Part shown: one piece after another, positions 11,901-23,520 of the stretch
Layout: the number at the start of each line of letters is the position of its first letter
Numbering within the stretch: position 1 is the stretch's first letter
DNA from: Catajapyx aquilonaris
Lineage: Eukaryota
Direction: 5' to 3'
Length of the DNA: 52,641 nucleotides
NCBI GenBank assembly: GCA_000934665.2
Contig: KZ537994.1
Location: 124,001-176,641, forward strand
The notes under the pieces: model-generated
The model's input: only the letters and a program-made list of their open reading frames with translations
The model's database searches: none
Told to the model about the DNA's origin: nothing
Translations under genes and position numbers: made by a program

Positions 11901-14900
11901 AGTGAAACTGAAACTATTGATTGTACATAGCTTTTGTCAAGTTCAGGACACTAAGTAAAACTTACCACAAGAGTCTTTAAGTTACTTATTGCATGTGATT
12001 TTTGTGTGCCAAATCCAGCTAAGACACATACTTGTATGCAATAAAAGACTATTTGTCCTGCAAAAACAAGTATCACTTGCAGCAAATTGATTGTATCCGT
12101 TTTCCCAGGCAAGTCTATAATTTCAAAACTTGGAGTCTCATCTACAGTGCTCCAATCCAAGGTCCTGTCTGGGGAATCAAACTCTTGTCAATGTCAGGTT
12201 CAATAATGATTTGTCACTCGATCCATGTGGTCCACAATAAATTGCCCTACTCCTTGATGAGCATCAAGCTCTGTGTCAATTATCACTGCTAGCATAATGC
12301 TACATAACTGTGTCATTCCTCTTTCTTGAGTTTTGGTTTATGCTATGCAATGTTCAGTACAAATTAAGAGCACTAAAGTACGATAATTAAGAAGCACTTA
12401 ATATTAAGATAAGCCTTGCACTGCAAAACCATAGGATCTGCAATGCCAAATTATAAGAGTCATGTTTCCTGATTTTGATCTATGAGGTTTTGCTGTTTGA
12501 AGGTAGCTTTATTTCTCTGGAGTCATTTGTTGCAACTTTCTCTAGGAAGTTGCAATTTCTATATCAGACCTAACTTGATCATTACGAATTCGAGGATAAT
12601 TTTTTAAAGGGCAAACATAATTTGAACATTACGCTCCTCTGAGTGCTTTTCCTTCAGATCTATATATGATTCCTGCTTCGGCTTCCTCTTAAACTGATGC
12701 AAGCATTTAAATAGACAATAGCTCCAATCATTCAGTCTCTTTTTACCCAAAATCTATATGGGTTTACTTTCAAACATTTCAGTTTTGGACCACGTGGTAT
12801 GTAGCACACCGAAACTCACCCTCTAGGTAGAAAAGTGATATGATGCGGCATGCAATAGAGAGTCCTGTATTAGGATGAATGGCAGCCAGAACGTATTTGG
12901 TCCAAGCACCCATGGAATAGTAATTAGGTCCAATCCAGAATGATGAAAATATCCATGTAGCCACCCAAATTATGGCAGTTGCAATAGCAGCAATAAAAGC
13001 TGCAAGAAACACTTATTAAATACCAGTTCTGATCTTGTAATTACAGGGCACTGAAAGGTTTGGTTGAAAGAGACAATCATATTTTACCTGTATTGCATAT
13101 TGCAGTGATGACCAGAGTGAGGAACAAACAAGACAGTGAGTAGCACAGCAGGACTACAATCAATACAGATGTGGAAAGCATTTCCAAAGGTGCTTCTTTA
13201 ACATGCACAAGTACATCAACAACATCAGTTAACGTCAAAATCGAGGAAGACAGACACACTGCTGGCACAACTGTAAGTAGCGCACTAATCATCCATGAAA
13301 TGACCTGTACTAGAGGGTGGATTCCGTATTTTTTTAGAGTATCCTGTGACAAGAAGGATTTCATCATTAATACTGGAACATGCAATCCAACAATACATGA
13401 AAATTATTAGCCACACCCACAACTCACTGTCAATCCTAATTCCTTTTCACGAGCCAATCCATAAGCAAGGGAAACCCAGTGGATAAGAAAGCTGTACATA
13501 ATATTGGAAGAAAGATACTCAAGATGCACAAATCGTCTATCTTTCAGGACTAGCATTCTTGATTTAGAGAAAGGAATTGCTCTGGCAGAAAATCCTCCCA
13601 CCATTGAAGAATCTGCATTTGAAGATGGAAAATTAATGTAACAAAGGATGCACACAAAATGTGTGTCTAGTCACCCTTCTTACCACATAGATCTTGGCAA
13701 CTCATTTGTATAAAAGCTCTGTCAATTGCATTTTGTACTGCTAGAAATTTAGATGTCAAGTAGTACTGTCCTGCTGGAATAAAACATGGTATTACTTAAT
13801 TACTCAAAATCAATTATATCAGTTGTGTTTGGCAAAATAATATTAATAATAGTAGTACCACTTAATGTGTCTCTCCAACATGACAAACACTGCAAACCTG
13901 TCCATGAGAGACCATAATATCCTCAGTCCTCAGTGGAAATATTATTGCTGTCGTTTCATTTCAGTGTAGAATTATTTGTGCATTTCTGGCATAAAAAAAC
14001 ATAAATCTGCTAAATTTGGGATTTTTTTAAAAAAATGGCCGAGAATGGCACTATTGTGAACAGACGTTATAGTCATAAAGTTATTTAATTACAAAACATT
14101 TCCAGTTTGAACTGGGTTTGAATTTTGGGTTGAATATTTTCTCCACAGATCATTCAAAGATTTCAAACCCATCATTTTCCAGGCCCTTATTAATTATGGA
14201 TCTTTTGTCCCTGTTTAATGCTCATATCCAATGAATAAACAAGATACAGTACCAACAGGGTCATAAAAATGCAATGCAAATGCTAGCTTACCTTTCACAG
14301 TGGTTTCATTGGGTCTGGTGTACCAGGACAAATGCTGTACATGGAGATTGTGATTATATCCAGGAAATCTGAGGGTGTAGGTTAGGGCTGGAGGTGTAGA
14401 TGAACTGTTTGCCACACACTTTGAGAAACTGACAAGACCCAAGAAGTTTGTGGAACTGTGATGGTAAGCCATTCCTGACATTTTATGCACATCCTCTTCT
14501 TTTGAAAGTGGGATAAGGTCTACGCATTTGAAAAATTATTATTGTATTAGGAGGCCAATCATAATTCATTCATAGCAAATGTGCCAATATGAGCAGAAGG
14601 TTTGCCCATTCCCACATCTTCCAAAGTTCCAATATGTCAGTGAAAACAAGGTCAATGAGGAGGGATGTACAAATTGCACATTTTCAGCATATTCAGATGT
14701 CAATTCCCTGTTTTCCTAGTTATTTTCAAAACATGGTTTCTTGTCATGTCACTTCCTTTTGCTCATATCATGCAACACTCTAACAAACATTTACTTGCCA
14801 ATACGATGGGGATCTCCTACTAATTCTTTCATCTTTTCCATAAGCTTCCGAGCGAAGCCTCCAGGTGGAGTATAGGCAAGCTGTAGCATTCCATTCATTT

Positions 14901-16159
14901 GAGGACAGGTATTGTTTTGTAAGGCATATGATTTAATTTCATAATCTTGCTCTAACTGCTCCCCCTCTGGTTGTATGGAATTTTTGGCAACTAACTCATC
15001 AGCCACATATGTTTTGAAGCCACCATCAGCATCAAATGGATCAATTTCTGTAAGGCTGCCATACAGCATACATTCTGGATCATAATTTTTAAAGCTGATG
15101 TGGTATGTGTTTGTGTCCTCAAAGACAGGATATTCAAGAGACAAAGCCAAAAGAATTAAGGATGCAATAGTTGGTAATATTAGTTCCAGAAGTGTTATTG
15201 GATACTGCCTTTTCCTCTCCTGGACATGCTTCCACATCAGTGCCCGGAACTGAGGGCAAACACCGCAGATCATGTTCTGCTTGTGCCTGCTGCTTCTAGT
15301 TCTGGAAAAGGAGGAGGACATCATACAATTATTTGCAGTAAAGGGCACTGCCATACAGGATTTGAAATCTCCAGACTGTTGAATCTGTTTATTTTCACCC
15401 GAAATATTTTGTTTCTGAATCTAGACGCAGTGTCAACCAGAAAAGTGAATGCCTAGTTGCCTATAATATAACAAGTCATCTGAACTGAGAAAATGGTCAG
15501 AATGTTACGGATTTGTACTTTGTTGTTTTTTATTGTAAAACACATTTTGTTTGACTATTCCGGTGGCTTTCACTTCCCTAGCTTTGACACCTTCATTCAC
15601 CAAACAGCTTTAGGGTATGTTTTTGGTCCCTCTCCAGGAAGCTGGGGAAGGGGCGCTGAGGAGAGGTAGAAGCGAGCCGCCCGCTTCCACATCTCCTCAG
15701 CGCACCTTCCCCAGCTTCCTGGAGAGGGACCAAAAACACACCCTTAGGCCTTAATGTTATAAATTAATTAATGTATCCTATGAATTTCCTATCTTCTCTA
15801 GTTTTATGCATTTATATAAGTTCTGGTCCCAAAGGCAACCCTTTGTGTGGCCGTAACCTCATCAAAAATTGATATTCTTTACTGGAATTTTGCTGGCGAA
15901 TTTCCCTCCCTCCTCCACAAGTGGGAGTGATTTTAAATGTGTTTGAGAAACTTTACATTAGCCTGTTAATGTGCTATTAGTTATAAAATCATATTTACTT
16001 ACAAATAATCTATGCATAAATGCAGGTTGTAAAACCCTTACAATATATTAACACATGCACTGGCATAATTTTACCTGCTTTCGATCATTTCTGGCATCGC
16101 TAAACTGATGTGCTTGTGGCTCCACCATCCCATACAGTTGGTCATAAAATTGAAATATA
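2948..16159 (-). CDS. Full-length (TMD-NBD-TMD-NBD) divergent ABCA-subfamily protein, about 1,850 aa or longer
   Basis: Phase-consistent exons: 16159-16075 (tentative), 15420-14799, 14519-14292, 13773-13684, 13612-13428, 13343-13088, 12999-12820, 12168-11966, 11804-11501, 11433-11273, 11042-10887, 10621-10550, 10293-10155, 9939-9681, 9601-9510, 9123-9017, 8955-8467, 8329-8035, 7286-7149, 7088-6825, 6754-6654, 6212-5966, 5784-5555, 5368-5007, 3527-3302, 3112-2948 (TGA). ABCA hallmarks include QFRALMWK..KR, FLAVQNAIDRAF, REKE.G, GPSGSGKTT and TVEENLHFFA. The 5' end is uncertain. Confidence 0.88.
3725..4721. mobile_element. Foldback non-autonomous Tc1/mariner-type element (about 1 kb palindrome)
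   Basis: TA|CAGGGTGGACGGAAAGTTTCGGA … TCCGAAACTTTCCGTCCACCCTG|TA. Arms 3725-4195 and 4250-4721 are near-perfect inverted copies. Confidence 0.9.
7481..7594. mobile_element. Small MITE with 27-bp TIRs
   Basis: TATATCCTCCTGAGACCTGATGTCCAA … TTGGACATCAGGTCTCAGGAGGATATA, plus an internal palindrome CTGATGTCCAATATATTGGACATCAG. Confidence 0.75.
15613..15743. mobile_element. Hairpin MITE, PIF/Harbinger (Tourist)-like
   Basis: TTA|GGGTATGTTTTTGGTCCCTCTCCAGGAAGCTGGGGAAGG … CCTTCCCCAGCTTCCTGGAGAGGGACCAAAAACACACCC|TTA. 3-bp TTA TSD, and almost the whole element is self-complementary. Confidence 0.82.
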
Positions 16160-17290
16160 CTGCCTAACAATCACCCCCTGTACTGTTGCTAATCAACGCC
16201 ATAAGTATTTGTACCCATGGTTTCCAATACTGCTAGGCTCTGACGGTGCACGGTGATGCCAGGAGGGAAGCAATAATGGTGCTTGAATCGGCCATGCATT
16301 GCCATAAATGCAAAACCGTAGTGTGTCGATACGATATTGGCGGCCAGCTGTTGCTTGGATGACGTCATCACAATCCCTCCTGCCATCTGGCGTCATTTCC
16401 TTTCCCCCCCTCCCNNNNNNNNNNNNNNNNCCCCCCCCCCCAACCAGACAGGTGTTGCATCAAAGCGCATGCGTGGATGAAGGCGGGCTCCAATCAGATG
16501 GCCCCGAAGGCACCAAAGGCGACCAGAAGGCGCGGGAACATACGAGCGCCATCTTGGATAAAGCACCGTGTGTGGCTGCCCGCCGGTCAGGTCGGGCTCT
16601 CCCTCGTTTTCGGTGATTGTGGCCTCCACCCTCAGGCATCGGTACCCGTGATGAGGCCGAGGGACACAACTCAAGCCGCCCCATGTGTGTGAGTGCCGAC
16701 GTCCGTCCCGTGCTGTCGGCTCACGTGCAGGACGGAACACGGAAAATATGCCCAAGCACGTCAGGACCAGGTAAGGAACTACGTTCGACTGATTGGAGGG
16801 GCGGCCCGCAGGGCCGGAGGTATACTTGCGGGGCACTGGAGCTGGGTTGTAGAAGTCAGCTGGACGTTGGTTCTAGGCCTGGTTGCATGATCCTGCTTCA
16901 ACCGGAGTATGGTACTGACATCACAAGTAGCAATGAGGTCAGTACCATGCGCTCAGGTTGAATCAGTAAGTACGGAACTGGACCACTTGCGCAGGATTTA
17001 CTACCAGTTGTGCAACCCTCCCTTTCAGGACCGCTTCCATGATGGTTGATACTCGTCATTCACTTGACAAACGTTGTCTAACAATAAATGTAGGAAAACC
17101 GATCACTTGTTCTTGATTTTCTAATGAGGATTCACCATTTTAGGGTTGGTTTTTGAGTAAATCCAGTAAACGCTATTTAGTCCTAGGTGAAAAAATTGGC
17201 GCAGGGCCTTTATGGTCGGGTCGGCGTAACTCGGACACAGGCCTAGGTGAATAACAATGGATCAACCACCGCTTATGAAGATCGATTGCA

Positions 17291-17473
17291 AAGGTACGTT
17301 TACATGTGAGCGATGCCATCGCCGAGCGATGAATCCAATTGTTTGAGGTGAAAACTGGGTGAAAGTAACAATCGATTTTCGCCTCAAACAATACTGGTTA
17401 CTTTGGTTACGCAGTGATGTTACCGCTGGCAATGACATCGTGCGATCAAATCGCTCACATGTAAACGCACCTT
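17291..17473. mobile_element. MITE with 24-bp TIRs
   Basis: AAGGTACGTTTACATGTGAGCGAT … ATCGCTCACATGTAAACGCACCTT. Confidence 0.7.
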
Positions 17474-18056
17474 AATGGTCATAGAGACGGCTAGGTGCAC
17501 ACACTAGTGGCGCTGGCTCCCCCATTTCTGGGATTATGCTGTGTAGTGGATGAAGGAATGAACCACCGCTTTCGGATTTCCATTGACCATGCAACCTGCC
17601 CTTACAGGTTAAGGCATGGCGTGGCTCCAGTAGCGCAAGTGCAAGGGAGGGAGGGACTGATCTATGCTGGTGTGATGTGAATTCAGAGATTGCCTGTAAC
17701 CAAAGAAAATTTTGAGATGTTGAATCGTGAGTTGAGCGAATGAAATATATTTAGCAGAGTTGCTCCTTTCCGCAAAATATTTTTGTGCTCTATTGGTTTC
17801 TCTTGTGCTGCGTGTTTTTGAATTAAGTTCACATCCTTATCGGTGGAAATTTTGAGGACCGTTGCTCAGGTAAATGCACCATCAAGGCCAGCATAGAATC
17901 GTACATATCATTGGAAAAGCCCATTGAATAGGCCTTCATATGTTACTGCCACTCAATCTGGCGTAGGAGAGGCAATCCTTAGCGGAAATTAGTATCAATG
18001 AGATATTGATTGATGCAGGTGTGGTATAAATTCTGGAACGCATGATATGTGCCTAA

Positions 18057-18276
18057 GTGACACAGGGTGGTGTTGAGATTAGTGCCACAGCCTTCCGTCT
18101 CTTACAGATTCATAGTTTCAATGGGTTCTCACCGTGTTATGCGTGGGTTTCCTTGCGGTACTTACGTTTCCTCCAGCTGTCAACATCAATCGCACAGTTG
18201 CAGTTAATGACGAAAGATGGTCGTTTTGAATGTGATCCCCTGAAAGGTCCCAGTAGACTTATCATGGGGTATAATT
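18057..18276 (+). mobile_element. Degraded V-domain-like SINE (family B)
   Basis: Core AGTTTCAATGGGTTCTCACCGTGTTATGCGTGGGTTTCC…TTTCCTCC and tail GATCCCCTGAAAGGTCC…TATCATGGGGTA match the copy at 24895-26137. Confidence 0.65.
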
Positions 18277-19513
18277 GAAGGGGTCGGTGCAATACTGCCC
18301 TAGCCCTCCCAAACCTGATTTCGAGAAAAACGCATTTGAAAGTTTGAGATGACCCATAAATCACATTTTCCATGGGACAATTTTCATTTCTACCCCAATA
18401 TACAAGGCACTAATAAGGAACATTTACGTGCTATTATGATGAGGATGATGCACCACCCACTCTAAGAATGAACAAAATAAGGTCGGCCGCGTGTGAAAAA
18501 ATGGCTTAGGGCAGTATTGCACCCAACTTGTAATGCGAACTAAATTGGTCAAGAACGTATCACAAGTTAGTTTAATGTTCATATAAATGATATCAAATGA
18601 ACTGTCGTGAGATGAGGAAAATTTTGGTGGCAACTGGTTTAACCTAGATTGTAAAATAAAAATGCTAAAAAAAATCGCATTATTGAGCAAAACGGACACA
18701 TTTCATATTGTCCAATGTCATGGTTAAACACATGCTAAGGGTGTGGAATTAATACGGTAGGTATACATTGTCATCTGATCATTACTATACTGTCGAAGGA
18801 CAACATCACAGGTCAAGCAGTCTTGGAAATAAAACTTCTGAAATGTCTGTCTTCCACTAATTTGGTCATCTTTGGGGTCATTTTTCTCAGTGTGGGGCTG
18901 GGTCAATTTTTAAGTTATCGCAGAAACGTCTTTTCATGCATAAAATAGCGGTATAAGAACTGTTCACTTACCATGAATGGTTCACTCGCAACATCAAATA
19001 ACGTGGAGTAGCCTATAGAGGGCTTTTTCCGACATTTCAGATTTATTATCTCCAAGTCTGCTTGACCTTGATGTTGTCCTGCAGTAGTAGGTAATGACTA
19101 CTGATGATCAGATGACAATGTACCTACCATATTAATTCCACACGCTTATCATGTATTTAACAATGACATTCGACCATATGAAATATGTCCTTTTTGCACA
19201 ATAATACGATTTTTTTTAGCATTTTTATTTTACAATCTAGGTTAAACATGTTGCCACAAAATGTTCCTCATCTCACAACAGTTTATTTGATATAATATGA
19301 ACATGAGGGTACAACAATAATTTTTCACCTGAAATAAATGGACCTTCGAATCCGGCTCCATTGTTGCTGAAAGACGTTGCCATATCTCCGTGGGATTTTC
19401 ACCTGGGAGGCTCTTAACTTTATTTTTGGCAACACTTCAATGATTTTTATATCAAATTATGAGATGGTCGAGCCACCAAGGTGTCTGTCTTGACATGGAA
19501 TGACCCAACTACG

Positions 19514-19578
<65 letters not shown>

Positions 19579-19947
19579 GCTGCAATGGACTACTACTTTG
19601 CACATCATCATTATCAGGATCAAACTGTGAATCTTAGGTACTCTCATCCACATCGGTGTCATCCGGCAAAAGCTCACTATTTAAGCCCAACTCGTGAGAC
19701 ACAGCTGCTCGCAGCTGCATCCTGCGCGCTGCAATATTTGAAGACGGAGGGTTAGGGCGGTTTTGCTGCAGAAAAGGCATTCATAACCTTGGAGCAATAA
19801 AAACATTGTTTGATTTCTCACCGACAAATGGCAGAAACTGGACAATCTCAGTGTACTTTATTAGATATTTGAGTGTAGTATATGGAAGTGCGCGAAACTC
19901 AATTTGTGTCATTTGGTGGGTTAGGGCAGTATTGCACCGACCCCTTC
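18277..19947. mobile_element. Non-autonomous TIR DNA transposon with AATT target duplication (Sola-like)
   Basis: AATT|GAAGGGGTCGGTGCAATACTGCCCTAGCCC … GGGTTAGGGCAGTATTGCACCGACCCCTTC|AATT. Internal ~260-bp inverted repeat at about 18575-18833 and 19045-19305. Confidence 0.75.
19514..19578. repeat. (ATT)n microsatellite
   Basis: About 21 perfect units. Confidence 0.95.
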
Positions 19948-20315
19948 AATTATGTGGCATGTTGGATGACATACACTATTTAAACCAACTTAGCAGTGAA
20001 CCTGTTATTCTGGCTACCAATTATATGAGTAGTTATGCATGATTTTGAGACATGATTGGCTGGCAGGAATAGAGTATGCTGCTTCTGCTGTTATGTTGGA
20101 TTAGGTTGCATATACCACAGGCCAAAAGTTTCATATTGGACAGATCCCTGCTGCCATTAGCAGCACCTAGTGCAGGTGACCTGAAACTCACAGTCAGTCT
20201 AGACTCCTGGGCCCCATTAGGCCGCCAGGTATTGCATTACCAACCACAATTTCTGATCGCCGGACTATGTCATCAAGGAAGAGTGCAGTAGGCACCAAAC
20301 AAAAATCCAAAATTA

Positions 20316-20647
20316 ATTATTATAATAATCCAAGTAATGCTTTTACCCGTATGGGGTATATCGCATGGACCTTTATTATCATCGTCACGTACAGGTTACA
20401 ATGGAATTTTTGTGCTTGATGCCCTGGTCCATGGGCAGGGTGACAGGGATGGGATGTGCAATGCTACATGGTAATTTTGTGAGCTCCCCGGGTGGTTAGT
20501 CTAGCAGAAATTTCACCCAAGACTTAGCCCAAGATGAGTCCAAACACCACAAGAGGTGAAGGGGGAAGACCCTGGGCTGCGATCGAACTCAGGACCCTTC
20601 CAGCCATTGGCGCATACGTTACCACAGCACCACTCTGCCTCCCCCCA
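20316..20647 (-). mobile_element. tRNA-derived SINE family A
   Basis: The - strand head has A/B boxes (GAGTTCGATC), the body matches 25264-25607, and the tail is ATT-rich. 15-bp TSD AAAAATCCAAAATTA at 20301-20315 and 20648-20662. Confidence 0.85.
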
Positions 20648-21119
20648 AAAAATCCAAAATTACCAGAACCTGTTGCTATGAATTCATGTGATTAAAGTGT
20701 GCCCCTGGGTTGCCATACTTGGCAATACTGTATGTATTGTGACTACCGTATGTAGTGGACTTGGTCTAGATTTACCAGTTTACGTACTTGGCACCATGTA
20801 CGTGTGCCCAGTGATAGGTGTAACTCTACGTGTGGAAGCAAGAATTAGGAAAGGAGAGGGAGAAATTCATATGTAATGCTAGGTGGAAAGGAGGCAATGT
20901 TATTAGTGCTCACAAAAGCACCATTGAGGTCACTCTGGTCAAATTCTGTATGAGTCGCTTCCACCCCCATGTCCACTCCAGATTGCACTGTACCATACCA
21001 TGTTGGGCGTGACCATTGGGATAAACTTGAAGCACTGCTGGAAATAGGGTAAAGGAAATGTGGCATTGGCTGAAAGCTGTGGGAGCAGGTGGCTTGGGCA
21101 TCATCATCATCATCATTAT

Positions 21120-21499
21120 TATTTTTATTATTTTTATATATTTTTTTATTATTATTATATTTTCACATTACCCCGTGGTAGGGCCATAGGCCCTTATAGG
21201 GGGGTGGAATACCACCATTTTTCCTTCAATTTTCTGAATTTTTCTTTTAACTCTGGTGCAAGAATGAAAGGACATGGGGTAAGGATAGGGATTTTTGGGG
21301 AAGGAACACAGGTGCAAGTGCAATGTCGGAAATGGGTAATGTGCAGTCCCCCAAAAGGCTAGGTTGCCAAGACGCCTTCTTAGGTGCGGGCAGAGACCCA
21401 ACTGACACTGGCGTAAGGGAAATCCTGGGCGGGGATCGAACCCGGGACCTTCCACTCAGCAAGCCAAGACGTTACCATCTCGGCCACCGCGCCTTCCCC
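21120..21499 (-). mobile_element. tRNA-derived SINE family C
   Basis: Head GGGGAAGGCGCGGTGGCCGAGATGG…GGTTCGATCCCC; collinear with 22838-23185. Confidence 0.85.
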
Positions 21500-21577
<78 letters not shown>

Positions 21578-21903
21578 CTGGGTAGTGCTTGACCTAATTG
21601 CAAGGTATGTAGCATGAACCTTCATTATAACTTTGTGTACATAATGAAACCATTTTATGAAGCTCCTGGGTCTGCAGGCAGGGGTGAGTGGGAGGGGAGG
21701 TGCAGTGTGCAAGTGCAAAGTTGTTCCTCAGTCATTTAGTGAGTTCCCCTAGGTGGTTAGTCTCAGGGAATCCCACCCGAGATGGAACCAGAGACAAACC
21801 AACTCGGTGCGAGATGAAGGGGGGGAATGCCTGGGCTTAGGATTGAACCTACCCCTCCATCCGTGGGGACATATGTTCCCACAGGGGCCACACCACTTAG
21901 GCT
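21500..21903 (-). mobile_element. tRNA-derived SINE family A with long (TAA)n tail
   Basis: Body and 3' end GGTCAAGCACTACCCAGA(TAA)n match the other A copies; the microsatellite at 21500-21577 is its tail. Confidence 0.8.
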
Positions 21904-22649
21904 TACAGTAATATAGGCGACACCCCCATCCTAAAGTAGCATTTTTTTTTGTGTGTGTGAACATATCGATTGCCCTGGCTGCATACAGGCTGCAGTTATT
22001 ATCATTATCGTCATTATTTTGTCTCTCTCGAAAATTATCCCATTTATTTCACTGCTGACCTGTCTTTTCTTGTTGGGGAATGAAAATCTGCACATCGGGG
22101 GGGGGGGGGGGGGGGGNTTTTTACGAGACGATTTTCTGGTGTCGCCAACGGAAAAGATTAGGAAGCACTATGTTACACTGATACGTATGCTCCACATTTG
22201 GATCTCTACTTAGGGGTTGGCCAATTGTGTAATCAGGTGCATTCTTTGTTGTGTAATCACTCTTATTAGCATGTATGCAAACATGAGTAATTAAAATCAG
22301 GTGTACGCTCTAAGGCAGTGGTTCCCAACTGGGGTGCCTTGGACGTGTCACGTAGGTTTCCGGTTTGAAAATGAAATTAGAAATCGAGGGTGTTATAATT
22401 TTATATAAGAAGTGTCATAATACTGATTGAAATGTGATATTTCTCTTTTCAATTTTTATGCAAGAGTCTGGGTGCCAGTGATTGAAGGCCGGTTTACTCA
22501 TAACTAAACAATTCCTGCTGTTCAAGTGGGCAAGGCTGAATTACTTCCCAGTTTGTGGCACTGACTGGTTAAGGATTTGTTAAATTGTGGTCTATGGCAC
22601 AGTTGTAGTGAGTCACACGAGCCCTCCAGGAACTGATCAAAATTATATA

Positions 22650-22788
22650 CAATAAAACCTCGATATAACGCTCTTCAAGAGACTGCCCAAAAGTAGCATT
22701 ATATGCTGGAAAATTTACCTTATGGAAATTATCAAGGGACTGGGAAAAGGGACATTATATGCGGGACCGTTATATCGAGGTTTTACTA
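22650..22788. mobile_element. Small pogo/Tigger-like MITE
   Basis: TA|CAATAAAACCTCGATATAACG … CGTTATATCGAGGTTTTACTA. Confidence 0.65.
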
Positions 22789-22837
22789 TCCTTGATTGGA
22801 GTTTTTCTGGCTAATGATAAATAATAACTAGCATACA

Positions 22838-23185
22838 GGGGGAGGCGTGGTGGCAGAGATGGTAACATCTCGGCTTGCTGTGCGGAAGGTTCCGGGTTCG
22901 ATCCCCACCCGGGAGTTCCCTTCCGCCTGCATCAGTGGGTCTCTGACCCGCACCTAGGAGGCGTCTTGGCAACCTAGCCTCCTGGGGGACTGCACATGAC
23001 CCCTTTCCAGACTTTGCACTTGCACCTGTGTCCCCTCCCCAGAAATTCCCATCCTTACCTCATATCCTTTCATCCTTGCACCGGAGTCAGAAGAAAAGTT
23101 ACAGAAAATTGAAGGATGGTGGTATTCCACCCCCCCTAAAAAGGGCCTATGGCCCTATCATGGGGTATTATTATTATTATTATTA
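22838..23185 (+). mobile_element. tRNA-derived SINE family C
   Basis: GGGGGAGGCGTGGTGGCAGAGATGG…GGTTCGATCCCC head; tail CCCCTAAAAGGGCCTATGGCCCTATCATGGGGTA(TTA)n. Confidence 0.88.
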
Positions 23186-23520
23186 TCATCCGGGTAGTGC
23201 TTGACCTTTTGAGGTACCGGTATGTAGCACGGGCCTTTATTATGTATCATAGTATACATTGGCACTACATCGGAATATTTTTGTGAAATCCACGGGTCTG
23301 CAGGCTGGGGGGTGGGTGGGACGAGAGGTGCAAGGTGCAAGTGCAATGTCATATGTAGCCATTTTGTGAGTAGGTGGTAAGTCTCAGGGAGTTCCACCCA
23401 AGACGGAGCCAGAGATGAACCAACTCCACACGAGATGAAAGGCCCAGGCTTGGGATCAAACCCAAGACTCTTCCATCCGTGGGCACATATGATTCTGCAG
23501 CGCCACTTCTGCCTCCTGGG
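23166..23520 (-). mobile_element. tRNA-derived SINE family A
   Basis: The - strand ends GGTCAAGCACTACCCGGATGA(TAA)n; it lies tail-to-tail with the family C copy. Confidence 0.82.

Noticed and set aside
19447..21718. Poly-Ile/poly-Tyr/poly-His ORFs
   Set aside because: They are translations of ATT and CAT microsatellites and SINE bodies.
22316..22340. CAGTGGTTCCCAAC hAT/Charlie-like terminus
   Set aside because: No matching second TIR or TSD was found.
22838..22915. tRNA-like sequences here and near 21430-21499, 24895 and 25264
   Set aside because: Each continues into a repeated body with a simple-repeat tail (two with TSDs), so they are SINE heads rather than tRNA genes.
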